This document shows, piece by piece, positions 63,537-64,000 of a stretch of DNA of 64,000 nt. The translations under genes were made by a program, and so were the position numbers. The stretch lies in the NCBI GenBank assembly GCA_023229115.1, contig JALNZW010000006.1:2523-66522 (forward strand), read 5' to 3'. The DNA comes from Patescibacteria group bacterium. Its GTDB lineage: Bacteria > Patescibacteriota > Patescibacteriia > Patescibacteriales > UBA12465. The notes under the pieces were generated by a model. That model did no database searches. It was not told the DNA's origin and was given only the letters and a program-made list of their open reading frames with translations. How positions within the stretch are numbered: the stretch's first letter is position 1; the number at the start of each line of letters is the position of its first letter.

Positions 63537-63707
63537 TGCCACTTTTTTTGAAAAAAAAGCTGGCACAAAAAAACTTAGCGAGTAGCAAAAATTTTGGATT
63601 ATTCACTATGAAAGCTAGCAAAATTTTAAAAACATAAAATTTTGCACGCTTTCTACGCTCATAATTTGTCCAAAATTATTTGCAACACTCGCTTTTTTTG
63701 AAAAAAA
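63537..63707. repeat. Nested inverted repeats: a small T7/A8 hairpin, then a rod-like imperfect hairpin of about 115 nt, bracketed by direct copies of cTTTTTTTGAAAAAAA
   Basis: Small hairpin tgcca...tggca (63537-63565). Long-hairpin pairings are gcgagt/actcgc (63578-83 / 63687-92), caaaaattttgg/ccaaaattatttg, gaaagc/gctttc and apical gcaaaatttt/aaaattttgc (63618-27 / 63636-45). The 16-nt direct repeat lies at 63542-63557 and 63692-63707. Confidence 0.6.
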
Positions 63708-63778
63708 TAAAAAATTTTTTTATTTATTTTTTCAATACTAACATTTTTTTATTCCTCAAAATCTGTTAATATCTATAT

Positions 63779-64000
63779 ATGACAGATCTAAATCAAACAA
63801 TTAAATCTCTCCCCAAAATAGGTGATAAAATAGAAAAAAAGTTAGAAAAAATAGGCATTAAAACTATTAATGACCTTATATTTTATTTTCCTCATCGCTA
63901 CGAAAAATATGAAATTTGTGAAAATTTAAATAAAATAAAAATAAACACCCCGATTAACATAAAGGTTAAAATTGATTTAATTAGAAACAAGAGAAGCTTG
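63779..64000 (+). CDS. recG: ATP-dependent DNA helicase RecG, N-terminal fragment (continues beyond the window)
   Basis: Open frame from ATG 63779: MTDLNQTIKSLPKIGDKIEKKLEKIGIKTINDLIFYFPHRYEKY... This matches the RecG N-terminal pattern (L.GiG.k...kL.k.gI.t..DLl...P.RYe). Confidence 0.6.
   Translation, partial: MTDLNQTIKSLPKIGDKIEKKLEKIGIKTINDLIFYFPHRYEKYEICENLNKIKINTPINIKVKIDLIRNKRSL

Noticed and set aside
63578-63692. SRP (4.5S) RNA or 6S RNA as the identity of the rod-like hairpin.
   Set aside because: It lacks the conserved SRP domain IV motifs (GGAA-type tetraloop with flanking AGCA/GNAR asymmetric loops). It also lacks the large central bubble of 6S RNA. The composition is almost pure A/T.
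1-64000. Alternative genetic code (UGA recoded), as in some candidate-phyla lineages.
   Set aside because: Conserved genes end at TGA/TAA/TAG with normal lengths; for example the HNH ORF stops at TGA directly inside its terminator. No conserved gene appears split by in-frame TGA.

Overview
The window is an AT-rich, very gene-dense chromosomal segment. I call about 64 protein genes and 8 tRNA genes. I see no rRNA, no CRISPR array and no recognisable transposase, integrase or phage block. Stop codons behave as in the standard bacterial code. Most genes are housekeeping:
- Replication and repair: gyrB, dnaB, recA, recR, ruvB, ruvC, recG (partial), mutM, ftsK.
- Translation: rpmG (missing from the ORF track), rpsU, rplU, hisS, queA, mtaB.
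- Lower glycolysis: tpiA, pgk, eno.
- Cell wall: murA and a murE-like ligase.
- Other: rny, hup, ybaB, rel, lepB and mscL, plus a thyA / DHFR-like / kinase / MazG / tmk block for dTTP supply.

The overall gene content suggests a reduced, possibly episymbiotic Patescibacteria/CPR-type bacterium. The supporting features are an archaeal-type UMP kinase, a GH57 + GlgA glucan cluster, VirB2-like mini membrane proteins, several catalytically degenerate enzyme homologues and many type IV pilin paralogues. This assignment is inference only.

The most interesting signal is a four-member family of type IV pilin-like genes at 22110-22574, 44913-46106, 55356-56375 and 56401-58047. They share a canonical prepilin leader and a core of about 150 aa. 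Their C-termini carry every combination of two lectin-like modules: none, a Fibrobacter-type paralogous domain, a DUF1566/Lcl-C-like domain, or both. The tandem pair sits inside a block of three GT2 genes plus galU. No pilus assembly genes are in the window.

Further items are:
- an 830-aa surface protein whose anchor is a VirB2/TrbC-like pilin hairpin, with a minimal 126-aa paralogue elsewhere;
- an SPFH operon driven by a perfect consensus promoter;
- a truncated, apparently dead iPGM inside the pgk-eno operon;
- a likely inactive HtrA/PDZ protein;
- a glucan cluster with an adjacent kinase and PHP phosphoesterase;
- tRNA-Arg genes with UCG and GCG anticodons;
- GC-rich palindromic elements flanking one gene;
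- a roughly 115-nt rod-like inverted repeat next to a tRNA.

All family assignments come from reading motifs by eye. No database or HMM search was run.
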